Source: Haliotis rubra (taxonomy: Eukaryota). Taken from it: a DNA stretch of 64,000 nt. The stretch spans positions 682,001-746,000 of the forward strand of contig NW_025767213.1 of NCBI RefSeq assembly GCF_003918875.1. The letters run 5' to 3'. Position 1 is the stretch's first letter, and each line of letters starts with the position of its first letter. The translations under genes and the position numbers were made by a program. Positions 49,001-63,834 of this stretch are shown one piece after another. The notes under the pieces were generated by a model. The model did not search any database. It was not told where the DNA came from and saw only the letters and a program-made list of their open reading frames with translations.

Positions 49001-52000
49001 TGGAGTGTTCCTGTCCATATCAGTAATTGAAGTGTACAGAACGTGACTATCCCTGCGAACATACGTCGAGACCAGATCGAAGTTGAAAGATGAGAAGATT
49101 GAGGAAGACTAGAATGGTAGGTAATCATAACCATCAGACGAGGTTTGATGATTGCTTGATAATTACAAACTCCTTCATATATCCGGACAGTGGAATGTGA
49201 TTACTTTATACACACACTTGACCCTCGTAGCCCAGGCGCATATAGAGAACATTGGGTACGAATATTTGTTACGAACAAGGCGTATAGTTCTATAGATATA
49301 CAACTATTACAAGATATGCGACGTATCGGTGTTTGTTCCAAGTGGTAAACGTAGTAAAAATATGATCAGATCTTACCGCTTCATGGGATGTCTAGATGTT
49401 CCAAGTCAGGATATTCTAAGGTAACTTAGGGTTTGAAACGACATGTAGTTCTTCTGGTCGAGTTCACTAAACTTGACGAGATAATGTGCGTGTATACATG
49501 TTGGAGGCAGCTGTGTGGCTTCTCTGTGGTGACGTAAGTTAACGATAATTTCTGTGAACTGATATAGACGATATGTAACACATATTTGTCAAGAATAATA
49601 TCACTTAACGCTGCATAAGCAAGTACGCAGCTACCCACGTCAAGAAATGTCTTGAGTTTTACCGTATGTTAACAACTCAATAAGAATGATGCAGATCACT
49701 AACATCTCAGTCAGACCTCAGTAAACCTGGCTGTTCAGTTTATTTGTCATGCAGTTTGATACTTTCCCCCAAAAGAAAGTTGTGGGTTGTGAGTTTCTTC
49801 GCAATGGAACATATGACAGTTTAAACTTCAGTGCTGCCGGAAAGTGCTGCCAAATTCATTTATTGACCTGGTAGTGTTAGGTAAGAATTTAAACAATTAT
49901 GTAATAATGGCCTCATGCAGATGACGTAATGAACTTAGTAACTGGACGTAGATTGGACAATATCATTAAAGGGTGTCACACACATATATGTATCTGTCAA
50001 TGTTAAAATGAAGCATCACACACATCAATCGGTATACCATGACGACACTTGCCAACTTAACGCGACTCCATTTGCATGTAAAACTTAGTGGTTAAAGCAT
50101 TCACTCGTCACGCCGAAGACACAAGTTCGATTTCTCCACATTGATACAATGATACCCATTTCTTGTGTTCCCCGCCATGATATTCCTGGAATATTACTAA
50201 AACTGCCTAACACCAAACCCAGACTCTTAACAACCATCTGCCATGTCAGTAACACCATCCTGTATGCATTTGATACGTTTGTAAGTTATTTCACTTTCAC
50301 TTTCAGCGTCAAATACGGAACCTGTCGAAAACTGCTTGTAAAGGTAATTCATAAAACAAATAGCAACTACAATGTGTGGCCCGTCATTTGTACAGTTCAA
50401 CAAAACCAATCTGTTATCAATCCACCAAATGCAGATCACATATTTGTAAATGCCAAGAGTAGATAAGGCATAAACTACACACTCTGTCTGTAACCTATAG
50501 CTGAATCAGTTTACAAGTTGTTGTTTAAGCTGGAGACTGCTGTTCACGACCCCTGGGTTGAGTGTGTGTAACTTACTGTGTAACACCTAGTGCCAATCTG
50601 GCGCCTGACACTCGCGACAGCTCACAGCAGATCCCCGTGTAGGCGACCACCATCACCAGTACTGGCACCACGAAGATAATGATGAACATGTACGACTCAA
50701 ACAAGATGGCCAGACTTGGGTCACCATACTTCTTGATACACCAGTAGGCCTTCCGTACTGTCCCGACTTCATGGTGCGTCTGGAAACATCAAACAGTAAC
50801 AGCATTCAACGGACAACAGGCATGTAAATTGGAATAGCAGGAGGCACTGAGAAAAAAACACTTGCGAGATTTGACCGTCTTTCATATCAGCAGGAATCTA
50901 ATATAACGGAAACTCATTCATAAACAGATCTGTGTATGTGGTCACTGCATCCTATAGAGGTTGGTTTGTTGGCGCAGTTTCTTATTCAGTAGCAGTTATG
51001 AATGTTGTTTTCACGTGTTAATCTATTCAGTAACAGTGATGAATGTTGTTTTCTCGTGTTTATCTATTCTGGAACATTAACATCAGTTTTTGCATACCCC
51101 AAAAGTCATGGACCTTTTTGATGTGAACCAGAGGAAGCATGTATTACAATGTTTTAAGAAACACAGCCAAGCAATTGTTGTTGGAATTGCATGATATTTG
51201 CAAATGGCCAGCAATGTTCACTTTACATGGACAGTCAACCAGCCGCTCATCATGTCCACTCCATGCAGTCTATCAAAGTGCAGGCGTCAAAACAAAACAC
51301 GTCCATTAATCGTTCTGGAACAAGTTCTACATGCCAAGCCTCGGGGGATATAGAGAGCTGCAGACATGCTTCAGTCTGCTACCTCGCAGTGTGACGTCGT
51401 TTGTCCATTCAACGGCCATAGAAACATCATTTGGCACGTATGGCGATACTCCATAACAACATTGCAAGAACTCCGTCAAATCATTCCTCGGATATTGAAT
51501 GATCTTCCCCGGGACTTTCATAGTCGTAAAGTGGTCTCATCGAGGCCAAGGTGCTAGACCTGCATCAATGCACAAGGTGGACACACTCGCTACTGTCTAT
51601 GTGAACTTACTTGTGAACCATTTCCTGTGTTGTAACTCATTTGCATAGGTCAGGGGTGCTGTTCTTATGGCCTGTTGTTTGGAACCATAGTGGAACGCCT
51701 GCCTTTCCATGTAGTATCATTTCATTCGCGGCAGTAAAAACACCGATTCTGTTAGTCTTTGTGTGTAACAATACCTTTTGCCTTTGGGTATGTATATTTA
51801 CCATTGCTCGTATTTAGAAAGAATTGTGTTTGATTTCTTTACTACGACATAACTACTTTCAACGTAACTGTGGACGTAACTGAAGATGCTAGCCCTTTCA
51901 CGTGATGTTATTACGGATCCAATTCATAACTGAAATTGATTAATGCCATTTACGTGTTCTATAACGAGCTTACCTGTATCACTAAAACCGGGGTAGCCAT

Positions 52001-55000
52001 GGAGAAAGACACAACCCATGTGAAGAAGATGACGACGCGTGCATGTGCACTTGTACAGATATATTTGGCTCTGAGGGGCATCAATATTGCAATAAACCTG
52101 CAAGAAGAAATGATTGCAAATCCATATAATTCCATTACGTCTACAAGAAACAACTTCCTCCATCGAAAAGATACCCCAAGGTCTCATTGCTAGTGCGTTG
52201 AACCGAAATCAATAGTGTGAATGAAAGTGTAGGTCTCTATCTAATTTCCGAAATTGCAATATGTTGCTGTTCGGCATATCATATTGCAAAGTTCATACGT
52301 CAAGTAGGATTTGTATGATGTTTCTTGTAATTGTGACTGCTAATCTCATAACAGAAGTCATTTCCGAAATGGATTTTTTTCTGACACGTCATAAAACTTG
52401 CCTCCAAAGGACGTTTACAACCCATTTCGGGACATCTTTGTTTTATGTCGTTCGGGAATGCGCCCCGTACCGGCAAGTACAAGGAAGGTATTTTCTAAAT
52501 CATCAAGCAGACACAGCTTGGCCCTATAAAAATAACAGTGTTTCTATGTGGACATTGTTTTAGTTTGTTGTTCCACGCTGTATTCGAATTGCCACTCATT
52601 GCATAATATCGAAAACCTGTCTGTATGTCACGATAATCCAAGTTATTAATAACTTACGAATTGTTCCTCATTCCACAATATCGAAAATATGTCTACGTCA
52701 CGATACTCCATTGGATTAATAACATACGAATTGTCCCTCATTCCACAATATCGAAAATCTGTCTACGTCACGATAATCCATTGGATTAATAACATACGAA
52801 TTGTCCCTCATTCCACAATATCGAAAATCTGTCTACATCACGAATCCATTGGATTTATAACATACGAATTGTCCCTCATTCCACAATATCCAAAATACGT
52901 CACGATAAATCATTGATTAATAACATACGAATGTCCCTCATTCCACAATATCGAAAATCTGTCTACGTCACGATAATCCATTGGATTAATAACATACGAA
53001 TTGTCCCTCATTCCACAATATCGAAAATCTGTCTACGTCACGATACTCCATTGGATTAATAACAAACGAATTGTCCCTCATTCCACAATATCGAAAATCT
53101 GTCTGTACGTCACACTAATCCAATTGATCAATAACATACTAATTGCCATTCATTCCATACCTTGAATATGTTGTCAGTGCCAGTTTGACTAAACCGTATG
53201 CTTAAAACATAAAAAGCCATATTTTCATTGAATGCACGTTTTATACATGCAGATGCCAACTGTTTCAAACCCGATTGATCATGTCCCATCATGAAACTGG
53301 TGACATGAAGAAGCTGTCTTGCCTCGTTAAGAAATCTCTGGATATGATGTCAATAAACCACCATCGCGGTCACTAATAGCCGGCAAAAAATCCATAGTAA
53401 ACTTTCAATGAACGTATAGCTGACGATCTGCTTCCAAATGAAGAAAACATCAATAGAACTGTCAGTTCGCGTCACTCACATGTAGCCTGATTTGTGTTAC
53501 ATGATCCGTTAAATTTCTTATATGGTTTAAATATCTAGAATGGTAGAATACGTGCACATGACATTCAGGTGAAAGTTGAGGGGCTGCGATTAGCCCGCCG
53601 TTGTCCTCCTGTCTCTTTAAAGTTGACTTTGTAGTTCACTGACACAGGGATGAAACACCACACGAAATATGATACAAATATTATCATGAATAAAAATGAT
53701 CTGGTGGTCTGTCTGCCCTTTGTCGAGTATAAGGGAATACAGTATTAAACTTTGACTCGCAAAATAAAGACATGTCAAATGGTCAGTGTTTGTGAAAGCA
53801 TGACATTGTGTGCTTCGTATTCACGATCAGGGCTATTTTTCCCTCAACATTGCAATGTCAAATGTTAATTTGCTGATTTTTCACTTTTATCTTCACTTTT
53901 AACCTTCTATACGGACACATTGTGTCTCCATGGCTGTTGAGTTAACTGAATATAAACTATGACCTTTGCAGCGATGTACTTATTGGCACGTGGAACATGG
54001 ACGTACATAAAGCAGTGCAGACATTGTTGCCTTCCGCAATAAACAAAGGCAATTATCAGGACGTTACGTACGTGTAATTACGATTTCAAATTGATCTCCT
54101 GTGACGCAAGCTCTGCATCGGCTACTGTGAAAACATTCTGGGATTATTCCATCGATGTCTATGTCACACACACAACACCATGTTAGTCGGGTTTCACCGT
54201 AGCCAGTGTCTTGCAAACAATCGTCTACAGCCATAGCTCAAAGCCTTTAAAAAAGCATTTATGTATGGTCGTGCAAATGTTTATTGAGGAAGGTCCACAA
54301 GAATGTGCCTTCATTTCAGTAACTCAACACTGAAGACTACCATCGTTTACAAACACTCTCAGTACACAGCGGGTGGGGTAATTGGGGAAAAAGCTGGAAT
54401 ATGAAAACTATGTACATCATGCATGGCAGCAATGTGTGGGAAATACAAGTCGACGTCATTACGATGATGATGCAAAGTATCACCAGGCCAACATTCCAGT
54501 GGGTATACCTGTATAGGACAGTTCTTGGTTGTCCGTGAACGGTTAATCAACGTTTATCAAACCATTTATATGAATGCACTACCAAGAAAACCTCAGTCTG
54601 AGAAAGCAGTCAGTGCTGTGTATGTTGTATTACTAAGGCAGAGTAATTATCTCTAACACCATTTAATACAGGAAATACCACTTTCTTTACGGGTACATAA
54701 ACTTACACTTTACACTAGTAGTCAAATACCGTTCTTTACTACAAAGGTTTTCAACACACAGTACGTGTTAAAACAAACCTCCTATGAACCGCCTCAGCCA
54801 ACGCCTGTTTACAAAGACGTTCCAGGGGACGTTTCAAGAGACAATGTAAATGTCAGTGGTGGTGGATGTGGAGGCATCTAGATTCATTGGAATGTGAATC
54901 TTGTAGGGAATTGCCCGGGAGAAACACGGAATGAAACGTCTTTGGGGTAGCATATGATGAGTCCATGACGTGTCACGGATACCACCGGTGCTAAACTTGG

Positions 55001-55195
55001 GATTCCAACACACAGCGTTACACTGCCCCTGTGGACACATCCACAACTCACAATTCATTATTGTTCTGCTTACCTTTCGATGCTCATGACAGTAAGAGTC
55101 ATGACAGAGCAGATCATCGACACCGTCTGCATGTAGTGGACGAACTTGCACAGGAAGGCGCCGAATGACCATGTGAAGGTAAAGAATGCAGCGCA
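37023..55195 (-). CDS. Rhodopsin-like (class A) GPCR, neuropeptide-receptor type; 3' part only (ECL1/TM3 to C-terminus)
   Basis: Exons 55195-55074 (CAAFFTFTWSFGAFLCKFVHYMQTVSMICSVMTLTVMSIER), 52097-51974 (FIAILMPLRAK..TWVVSFSMATP), 50779-50577 (ECL2 Cys, TM5 FVVPVLVMVVAY), 40663-40522 (ICL3, less certain, GTTAGT donor) and 37439-37023 (TM6 FIICWGP, TM7 NSCTNPVVY, helix 8 SKNFR). Phases 0/2/0/2/0 join into one frame, and the ERF, CWxP and NPxxY motifs are present. I did not find the TM1-TM2 exon(s) in the window. Confidence 0.92.
37645..37750 (+). mobile_element. SINE family 1, 3' part
   Basis: TGGGTACAATGTGTGAAGCCCATTTCTGGTGTCCCCCGCCATGATATTGCTGGAAT...ACTCACTCACT. Confidence 0.8.
42640..42800. 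repeat. 51-bp tandem repeat, 3 copies
   Basis: CATCAAGGAAACCCACTGTGACCAAGCCAAATGGGTCCTCGAGTCTGTCTC repeated three times. Confidence 0.9.
43162..43228 (-). mobile_element. 5'-truncated retroposon tail with (CACT)n end
   Basis: The tail resembles the SINE family 1 3' end (GCTGAAATATTGCCGATGTGACG..AACTCACTCACT). 14-bp TSD AACAGATGATCAAG at 43148-43161 and 43229-43242. Confidence 0.75.
44808..45475. repeat. About 31-bp minisatellite (CATATTGTGTTTCTTCCCTTTCCTAAGAGAT)
   Basis: About 20 copies with occasional 12-bp internal duplications. Confidence 0.92.
46425..46568 (-). mobile_element. SINE family 1, diverged copy
   Basis: Reverse-strand similarity (GGACACCAGA..GGGCTTCACACATTGTAC). Confidence 0.6.
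50084..50228 (+). mobile_element. SINE family 1 copy
   Basis: TAGTGGTTAAAGCATTCACTCGTCACGCCGAAGAC..GTTCGATT..CCCCGCCATGATATTCCTGGAATATT. Confidence 0.78.
51190..51600 (+). mobile_element. Highly decayed Tc1-like C-terminal remnant
   Basis: IIWHVWR..TLQELRQII..ILNDLP followed by a GGHT-like end. Weak match. Confidence 0.4.
52605..53155. repeat. 70-bp minisatellite
   Basis: TCGAAAATCTGTCTACGTCACG...TTCCACAATA recurs at 52681, 52751, 52821 and onward, about 8 copies. Confidence 0.92.
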
Positions 55196-58100
55196 CTGAA
55201 AGAAGACATGCACCAAGAATAAAGACTGCTAGCAACCTTTGTGGTGATGCCCTGTACATGTTCACTGCTTTATCCTAGCCTGCTTTATCCTAGCCCTTTA
55301 TTGTCACATCTCACTTGCATCTTAACATTTTCATTCTTTGAATATAGCTAATGACATATCCTAAGGAAAGTGGAGAAACATGATTTAAATAAGTGGTAAG
55401 CTTCCAGGTATCAACAAATTCCGAAACATTACATTTTAAATGTGGCTGCCTACGGGACAGACTCAAGGAAATTGTCAAATACTCAACAAATACTTCACGT
55501 ATGAGTCACAAACACTTCAAATTGATTTCCTAATGGTTAACCAATTACGCGACTTCCACATTTTTTCAATACAACCTTAATAATTGGTTTCAGTGAAAAG
55601 GCTGCCTGTGACAAAACCGTCGCGTTTGAGGGGGGCCACGCAAAGGACGAGTACATGGTTTCCGGAATTTAAAGACATTACTTTTTCTACCATGTTTTCC
55701 CTGACAAAATGATTTTAAATTTAATTACGACTGGCGTGTTGTAGCTTCTGTAACACATTTGACTCTTCGTTCAGAAACTGAAAACCGCATGGTTTTCATA
55801 CATTCTGCTAAATAGAAACAAGACGAGTATGGTAAATAATGTTATTGATTTTAAATCGCGACCTACACGGATGCGTGAAAGTAACAACTGACATGTTTTA
55901 TATGTCATCACTGACTAAATGACTTCATTAAAACTCCCCTTACCATGGTCGTCCAGTATAGGAATTGCATTTCCCTTGGTAGGTTCAGTAATTCCCTGGC
56001 GCACTAGCAACTAGGCTTTTTCCATCAGGAGCTCGTTGACTATGTATATGTTTCAGTGATTTCACGATGCACTTGTCACATTTTAGTTTCCCTCAATTAC
56101 ACAAGTCGTGTTCATGAATGATATTATCATTCCGTGTGCACCATTTAACATACACTACATAAAAAGCAAGTCGACCAACAAGTATCCTTTATGGGGATAT
56201 ATTTTGAAAGGAAATGTCTTTCTTTGATCTCCAGATAAAAACATAAATGTACTTTAAGCGAAATACAACAATGTACACGTTCACTATTCTAGAAAATATA
56301 AAATACACACAATGTCCAGGCGTGTCATTAAACCATGTCTTGGAAAAGGGACTTTGCCAATACATTAGCCTGCTTCGGCGTCTGTGAATAAATCCGCCGT
56401 TTCAGCAATGCGATCCTTGGTAGTGCCAAGCCCAACCAGCCCAAACCAATCAAAGTAATATCGTGGTCTAGTGCCCTGAACCATTCCGCGTTATGGCCTG
56501 TTGTAAACGTACATTAGCGGACAAATGGTTTGATCCGAAGGGTCAGTTGACGGACAAACGGCAAGCAATTTGTTGCCCCTGTCCATATCGGCAACCACAA
56601 CTAACTCCATCACGGGTGAGTCTGTGTTTAACGTTCAGGAAAATATGATTATGTAGCTGCGAATATAGCTAATAATAACTGCTGAATATACCTCTTGAAA
56701 ACAATTGGTGATACTGGAACTTTCGTTGATAGTTTCGTAGACTTATGAACATATGTTATGCAACCATACGTATCCAAAACTAACCGCCTGGAATTCCGTA
56801 TTACATGGCTGGGATCCGAAAATACTGCTAACTGTGTAAATAACATGACTGGAATCCGAAATTACTCCTAAAAGTAACATGGCGAACATCTCATAACTAG
56901 AACAAAGGGACGGTCCATAACTGTTTTAACTGGAAACCTTGCTTGACTTTGAGGTGATTGTCACACTCAACAGTTTAAGTTTAAGTAGCCAGTGTGCTTT
57001 AAAAGCACTAAAATTAGTATATTTGATAAAATTCATAAAGTTCAGTTGTAAATTTATTGAGAAATAATATGTTTTATTCAAGAAGAAATCTTTATCCTAA
57101 CAATTAGCTTGATGTTGCTTCATTTTTCATGTTTGTACAATGCTTGACAAGAGAATGTCTCCGGCAACAGGACCGACAACTTGCTGCCTATGTTCCCTTT
57201 ACTGCCACATCCATCTCGTATCGATTCTATCTTGTACTATCCCTGAGAAGGTCTTAGATAATGATAACATATCAAGAGGTCGACCTGCTACTATTTACAG
57301 CTAGATTACAAAGTATATATAATAGTTCCTGTGTAAACACACACTGACGACACCCTGGCAACAAACGTCTACTTCTACGTTGAACCTGAACCTGCCTTCA
57401 GACCGCACATCTGTTGCAAGCTACAATCCTTTATACTGGACTAACTGATGCTATTCCTTTCTATCGCCGAGTCGTATACTGCCTGCATAAAACCTTGCTA
57501 TGTTATTTCAAGCATAATATATTAGAAAATGCAGAATACGATTTGATATTCTGTATGTTAGTCTAACATGGTGGCATGTGCATGAGACACAAAACACGTT
57601 AACGACTTCACAGACATCTTTCAGTATCATAGATCAGAGCGGTGGACGTGATGCACCACGCTACAACGTTCTCGCCAAGTTAACTCCGCCATTTTCGACT
57701 TCCTTGTTGTAAAACATTCTGACGTCATAATTCTTCGGTTTCCTGACATGACATGATCACAGGGATGTGTATTTCAAACCTGATTATAGCGAAGATCGCA
57801 TTTTTCTCCATGTTGGTCCGTTCAAATATTTTTGCAAATGCCAATTGGGTATTTGCCTCGTATTTTGACGGTATATTATTATTTGAAAATCCGTATGATG
57901 CCATCGAAAGTAATTCATGAATTGGAAGCCACTCATGATATTAGACTAAAACGTAATCATGTGCAGATTATGTGTTTGTCTTTACAGATTGGAATAAAAA
58001 TACTCTGCTTTGTATTCTATTTAAATACGAACCAAATGATTTTAAAAAGCGGGGCTAGTTATTTTTCGGAGAATTTGTTGAATATGTTTTGTCGACATGA

Positions 58101-60319
58101 ACTGATCACGCTCTGAGAGTGTTTCCGCAGATGGCGCCAGGCCCTTGTGACACCCTGAAGCTTCTCGACAACAGCCTGACCCAGTACAGTAGAGATGTCA
58201 CATAACCCAATAAGCATGGCATAGCAACAACTCTATGTCCACCGTCGCCTGTTGTCTGGATGAAGAATCAGAAGGTGTCATTGCGATAGGAGTATGGCCT
58301 ATTCAGTAATTGTTAAGGCACGAAGTACTCTAGTACACGCAGTGACATGTTGCTTTGTCATGTAAGGATTCTGGCTTTGTTGCTGAAAGAACATTTGTAA
58401 AACAAGACAAAAACAAAAATATTATCTAACTTCACACTAATAGTATTTATTTATATATACGTAGAGAAACAAATAAAGGAACACAGGAAAATTCAAGCGT
58501 TCCTTTATTATTTTCCAGTTTACATCACCACAGAGCTATTCAAAGCTTGTAATGAAAACTAGAAAATATTAAAGGAACACTTGAATTTTTCTGTGTTACT
58601 TTATTTGTTTCTCTACGTATATTAGTGGAAAACATTTACTAATATATTTGCTTATCCTCCTAATGAAAAACACAGGATCAACATGTTCGAAGTTTGCTCT
58701 GAGTGGTTGAACCAGTGTTATGCCTCCTGTCTGTATTTGGTTTGCTGTGCTGAAACATGAGAGTGGGCAAGCAGATGTCACACAAACACAATAACACAAA
58801 TCCGTGACACATACGCATGTCTGGACAATGAGTTTCAAGGGTTTGAATGTCAGTTCAATATTATGGTTTGCGATCACGCTTTTCGTGTTTCAGCTAATTG
58901 TATAAGATCCGATGATTATGTGCACATTTGCTGTCTAAGATATAGAAACAGAGTAAGCATTAGCATCCAATAAATGGACATTTAACGCACCCTTGAGTAC
59001 TAAATCAAAACTCAGAAACATACACCAAACTAAATAAAACATTGTCTACAAAATACATGGACATTTAATACACCCTAAATCAAATACGTTATTTTAAAAC
59101 CATATATCGCTATGCAATGTAATCGAAGTTCATACATTTTTATATAATCCATTTATCTCCATTTCTAGTTGTGAAACTTGAAAGCATTGAATTACCATCT
59201 GATTGAGACTGATAGAAGGCGAGTGATTGTGACAGACCATGGAGGTTAATGTCTCTTTCAAAGTTTCACAATGGACCTTAGCCTTGCATTGGTTGTCTTC
59301 AGTTCTTACACATTAATTAGATACGTCTGTATTCGTGAAACAATTACAAGGAGAGATTTTAATATAAATGTCTTCAAAGGAACCTCTGCAACCAGGAAAA
59401 AAAGCATTAAAGTAGTCAATAATGTCTCCCGGATTCGGACGGAGCTGGGATTAGTATGGCTTCACACAGCATGATAGCGAGCTTAGTAGGTCTGTCTAGG
59501 TATCATCCTCTGTCTATAGCCCCAGTTCATTCTGAGGTTTGGAGTTCAGAACACATGTCAGAAACCAAAAGGAAGACCTCACTTGTTGGTTAGAGCTGTT
59601 TGTTTCAAGTGGAATTCGTTGATCCCTACAACACAATCCATGTCTTTCATCACAATCCTCCCCAATCCACTGATTAGTAGTTATTTGTAGTTTTTATTCA
59701 ATTTGCATGATAAAATGAATCCTTCGACTCCGTCCCAGACATAATTACACCTCACAATCACTGGATACCGTTTGGGTCGAAAGAGAAAGTTCCATTTTGT
59801 TCCTCAGTGAAATCCAACAAAAGACCTAAAATATCTGGGAGGTCTGCGAGATGAGCATTGTGTGGCCGGAAGTATGTCTTCCTGCCCTGCTGTGTCATCT
59901 CCCAATTTCGGCTTGTCTTGTGCCAGTGTCTCCGTGAGGCAATCAAACTCCCCCTATTTTCCTGGCGTGGAAGGGGCTGTGGCTGAAAACTGATGCTGTG
60001 CATTGTGCAAATCCACAACCTGATAGTCAGAACAAGTCGTCTAGATATATATGTTTCAATTCAAAAATGCAATATAAATTATCTTGGGTTTTTTTTATAA
60101 GGGTCTCAGGTGTGTCTATGTGAAAGGGAACAATACCCCCGCGGGAGTCATGTGGTGGAAGAGCGTTTGGCTTGACATGTTCAGAGCGACCAATTTAATC
60201 AGGAATCGAGATTGTTTCTGAAGAAACGTATATAGGAAAGACACAGAGGATATTCACAACAGGTGTTTTTGTCTAACAGCTGCATATTGTTTTAACTTTT
60301 AAGCCCCATTTACATGCAC

Positions 60320-60765
60320 CTATGTACGTGTGTATATTTGCATGTCATGTGATCGCGATTATTTACAGGTAAATATACACACGTATGTATACATGTCATG
60401 TGATTGCGTTTACTTACATGTGTCTATTTGCATATTTTGGGTAAATATACACACGTAGGTATGCATGTCATGTGATCGCAATTACTTACATGTGTCTTTT
60501 TGTATATTTGGGGTAAATATACACACGTATGTATACATGTCAGGTGATCGCGATTATTTACATGTGTCAATTTGCATATTTTGGGTAAATGTACACACGT
60601 ATGTGTACATGTCATGTGATCGCGTTTACTTACATGTGTCTATTTGCATATTTTGGGTAAATATACACACGTATGTATACATGTCATGTGATCGCGATTA
60701 TTTACTTGTGTCTATTTGCATATTTTGGGTAAGTGTACACACGTATGTATACATGTCATGTGTCT
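60320..60765. repeat. 72-bp minisatellite
   Basis: CATGTCATGTGATCGCGATTATTTACATGTGTCTATTTGCATATTTTGGGTAAATATACACACGTATGTATA, about 6 copies. Confidence 0.9.
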
Positions 60766-63700
60766 AATTTCAGGAGCAAGTGTGTATGTGGTCTGGATCA
60801 GGTGCAAATGTTAATTTACATATGTTCAAATTTGCACGGTGACTGTATTTATTAATGTTGTGATGTGAACGCTTAGAAAAATATGCACACGTATGTAAAC
60901 GTCGTAACCAAACGTTTAACGTAGAAATGTTATAACACTATTGTTCCATTTAGTAGGAAGTGTATACCTGCATTTCATCCAATCCAACTTGACAGACCAA
61001 TAAGTAAAGATGCTCTCTGTGTATAAGATATTTTTCGTCTCATATGTCTCCGATAGGCAAACCATCGTTCTATGTTAATACCTATTAACGGACTGAGGAA
61101 GTTTCAAGATCTGTGTGTGGGTTCGCTATACAAACTTAAATTAGATACCTTACTAAAGTCCATGTGAAAAAATGTTACATGTACACAATCTATTCACTGT
61201 ATATTCACTGAGCAAATGTTGCACATGTGAATAGGGCTTAAATTATATCTGATAACTCTGACTGTCAAATAAATGTACGACTTTTTAGATATAAGGAATA
61301 CGCTTGCGCACTATGGTTACATTGCCACGATTCAGTGGGACTTCAACCACAAAACCTCCAGGTCTACGCCGTATGGCCTACATCTCGGTATCTTACCCTG
61401 GTGTATCAGAGGCTACTGAATAGAAAAGAAACGTTTTATATACATTATCATCAATATATACACCTGCCCTAATTGAACACAAAGGTTTACACAGGCAAGT
61501 GTTAATCTTGCTATAACAACACGGAATCGACTTCTTACATTGATGCTGCAGCATGTATTACTACGACGTCATGACAGGATTTACGTCATGTTGAGCATGA
61601 CTTTTCAATGGAATTCTACGATTCTGTCAGAATAACACACATGACGTAATGGAATCTATCCGGTGAACCCACATTACTTCAGACATATCTCACTGTCACC
61701 GGCCCCTCGTATAGAAGCACACGCCTTCAGCTGTTTGTCATGAAAAGACGTCATCTATAGAAACTGTGGTCAGACAGTAAACATATAAACAGATAATTGT
61801 CAAGGTTATCTAGTCCAGATAAAAACAGTAATGGATGCAGCTAAAGTATTGTTGTAAGCATCCTGGCCTCTATTACTTTGCTGCTGCTTCTGTTGAACGA
61901 CATGTACAACAACGATGAGTCATTAGAGGTATTTGTTGCCACTCATATCTGTTGTCCAACCGTGGAACACTATACGCCATGACGCCTACTGCCGAGTGTC
62001 TAGCGCTAAACAACACGTATTAGGCTGCAACATGTCAGACTTATTGAGTTACGAAATCAATCCTGAACATAATGTAAGTGCTTATACATACAATAACGTC
62101 AATTCCAAAACAATGTTAAGTAAATCAGATAATATGCAGGATAGGATATCTGGAAATCTAAGGACTCCACAAAGATGTTCAATATTAGATATCGAAATGA
62201 AAATACCTCACTATTCTGGTGTCTTCTGAAAATATTTGTTTGTGGTATTGAAAAGTCATCTGTCAGTTTGTTTTCAATTTAACGTAATGCAACATATGCG
62301 TTCTTAGAGTAACAGGAAGGATATTGACTTTAGGAAATTAACGTCAATATTTTCTTTCCAATACCAATTATTGCATGGAGAAGAATCGTGTTAAGTAAAT
62401 GGACAGAGTTATTTTCATATCAGATTTGCTGGTGAAATAATCTTAATTTATTGGTTGACCAAGTACTTCTATGTAACACGCGACCACATAAGGAGTGAAC
62501 GGACCAACTTTTAATCAATATTCCACCGTGACATTGAAGGAGGATCTATTTTGATTCCTTCATTTAGTTAAATTTGCAGTAGTTAATAAAGGAAAACCAC
62601 TTCTGATTCAAGGTCCGTTTCACAGGAATATGTGATGTTAGAACACCATTCTTACTCTGTTGCCACATATCTCAAATATTAGTCACCGATCCCCATGATC
62701 CCAAGTAAGTTGTCTAGCTTTGGTTGCTAGTGGTCTATAGCCTAGTTTTAATCTATACAAACTGATATGTTAAAACATGATTTGTTTGTAATATTGATAT
62801 AGTTGCATTTATACCTACAACTGTGATGCCTACCTTACTGTTTTATTGTCCTTTGTAGACGTATTGCATAATAGCTAACTTGTTATCATCGCGACATGGC
62901 TGTAATATTGCCGGTGCGATGTCAAATTTGAACTCGCTCACTCACAAAAATCAGCAAAGTTTAGTATCATATAGCTCAAATTCACGTAGCTGACGTAACT
63001 TCAGACTGTGGCCTAACACGCTTCCATGGTGTTCAGACCAACCACCGGAAGGAAGAAAATGAATGGAAGTAAACGTTTTCATTGAGAGGAACACAGCGCT
63101 TCGAATTTGGATTATGCCTTCTCCTTGATCGGGTGAAATGAATGTTGATCAAAATTCGGCCCAAAATATTCGTAGTGCCAGTCCCGTTATGTATTTCCTC
63201 ATCATGCACATTATCAACAACATCAACATACAGCTTTAATGTTTCACTGAGTATCAAGACTGGGATGTCAAATTGTTTCATATTGTTGTTGATGTTGTTG
63301 CTGACCAGATAAACAACTTTAACTTCAGAACATTAGTGATTTGTATGTGGATGGATATTTTGATATACAGGGAGATCATAATGTCTGAAGATATCTATCT
63401 GTCAATCTAAGCACTGCAGCAAAACCGTTGAAATGTAAAAGAGCTAAGAGCTGATAAAATATTAAAGGACGCAACAACTCGCCACGGAAAGTTACGTTAC
63501 TTCTGAAAGAAAAAGAAATAATGGTGTTAGCAAAAACACGGGTTTAAACTTGGCTGTGATGTCAATAAAGTAACGATGAGTCACTTTCTAATGAGGAAGC
63601 CAGGTTAACAGCATGCATCCACAGCGTAAGATTCCAAGTGATATTGTATCATGTACATAACGCACTACAGGTATTCATCAACAGTAATGGAATCTGTGCA

Positions 63701-63834
63701 TCCACCTTGACATAAGATACATTACTGATGCACTCCAATGCTTGGTCTGTACATTGCACAAATTGGGGGCGATGTCAAAGGAGCGTCACACGACTGTTGC
63801 TCTAAAGTTGCTTGATCAGGGTAACAACATTCCA

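Noticed and set aside
63033-63281. Possible GPCR N-terminal exon
   Set aside because: No TM1 GN or TM2 LAxxD motif, and no hydrophobic helices.
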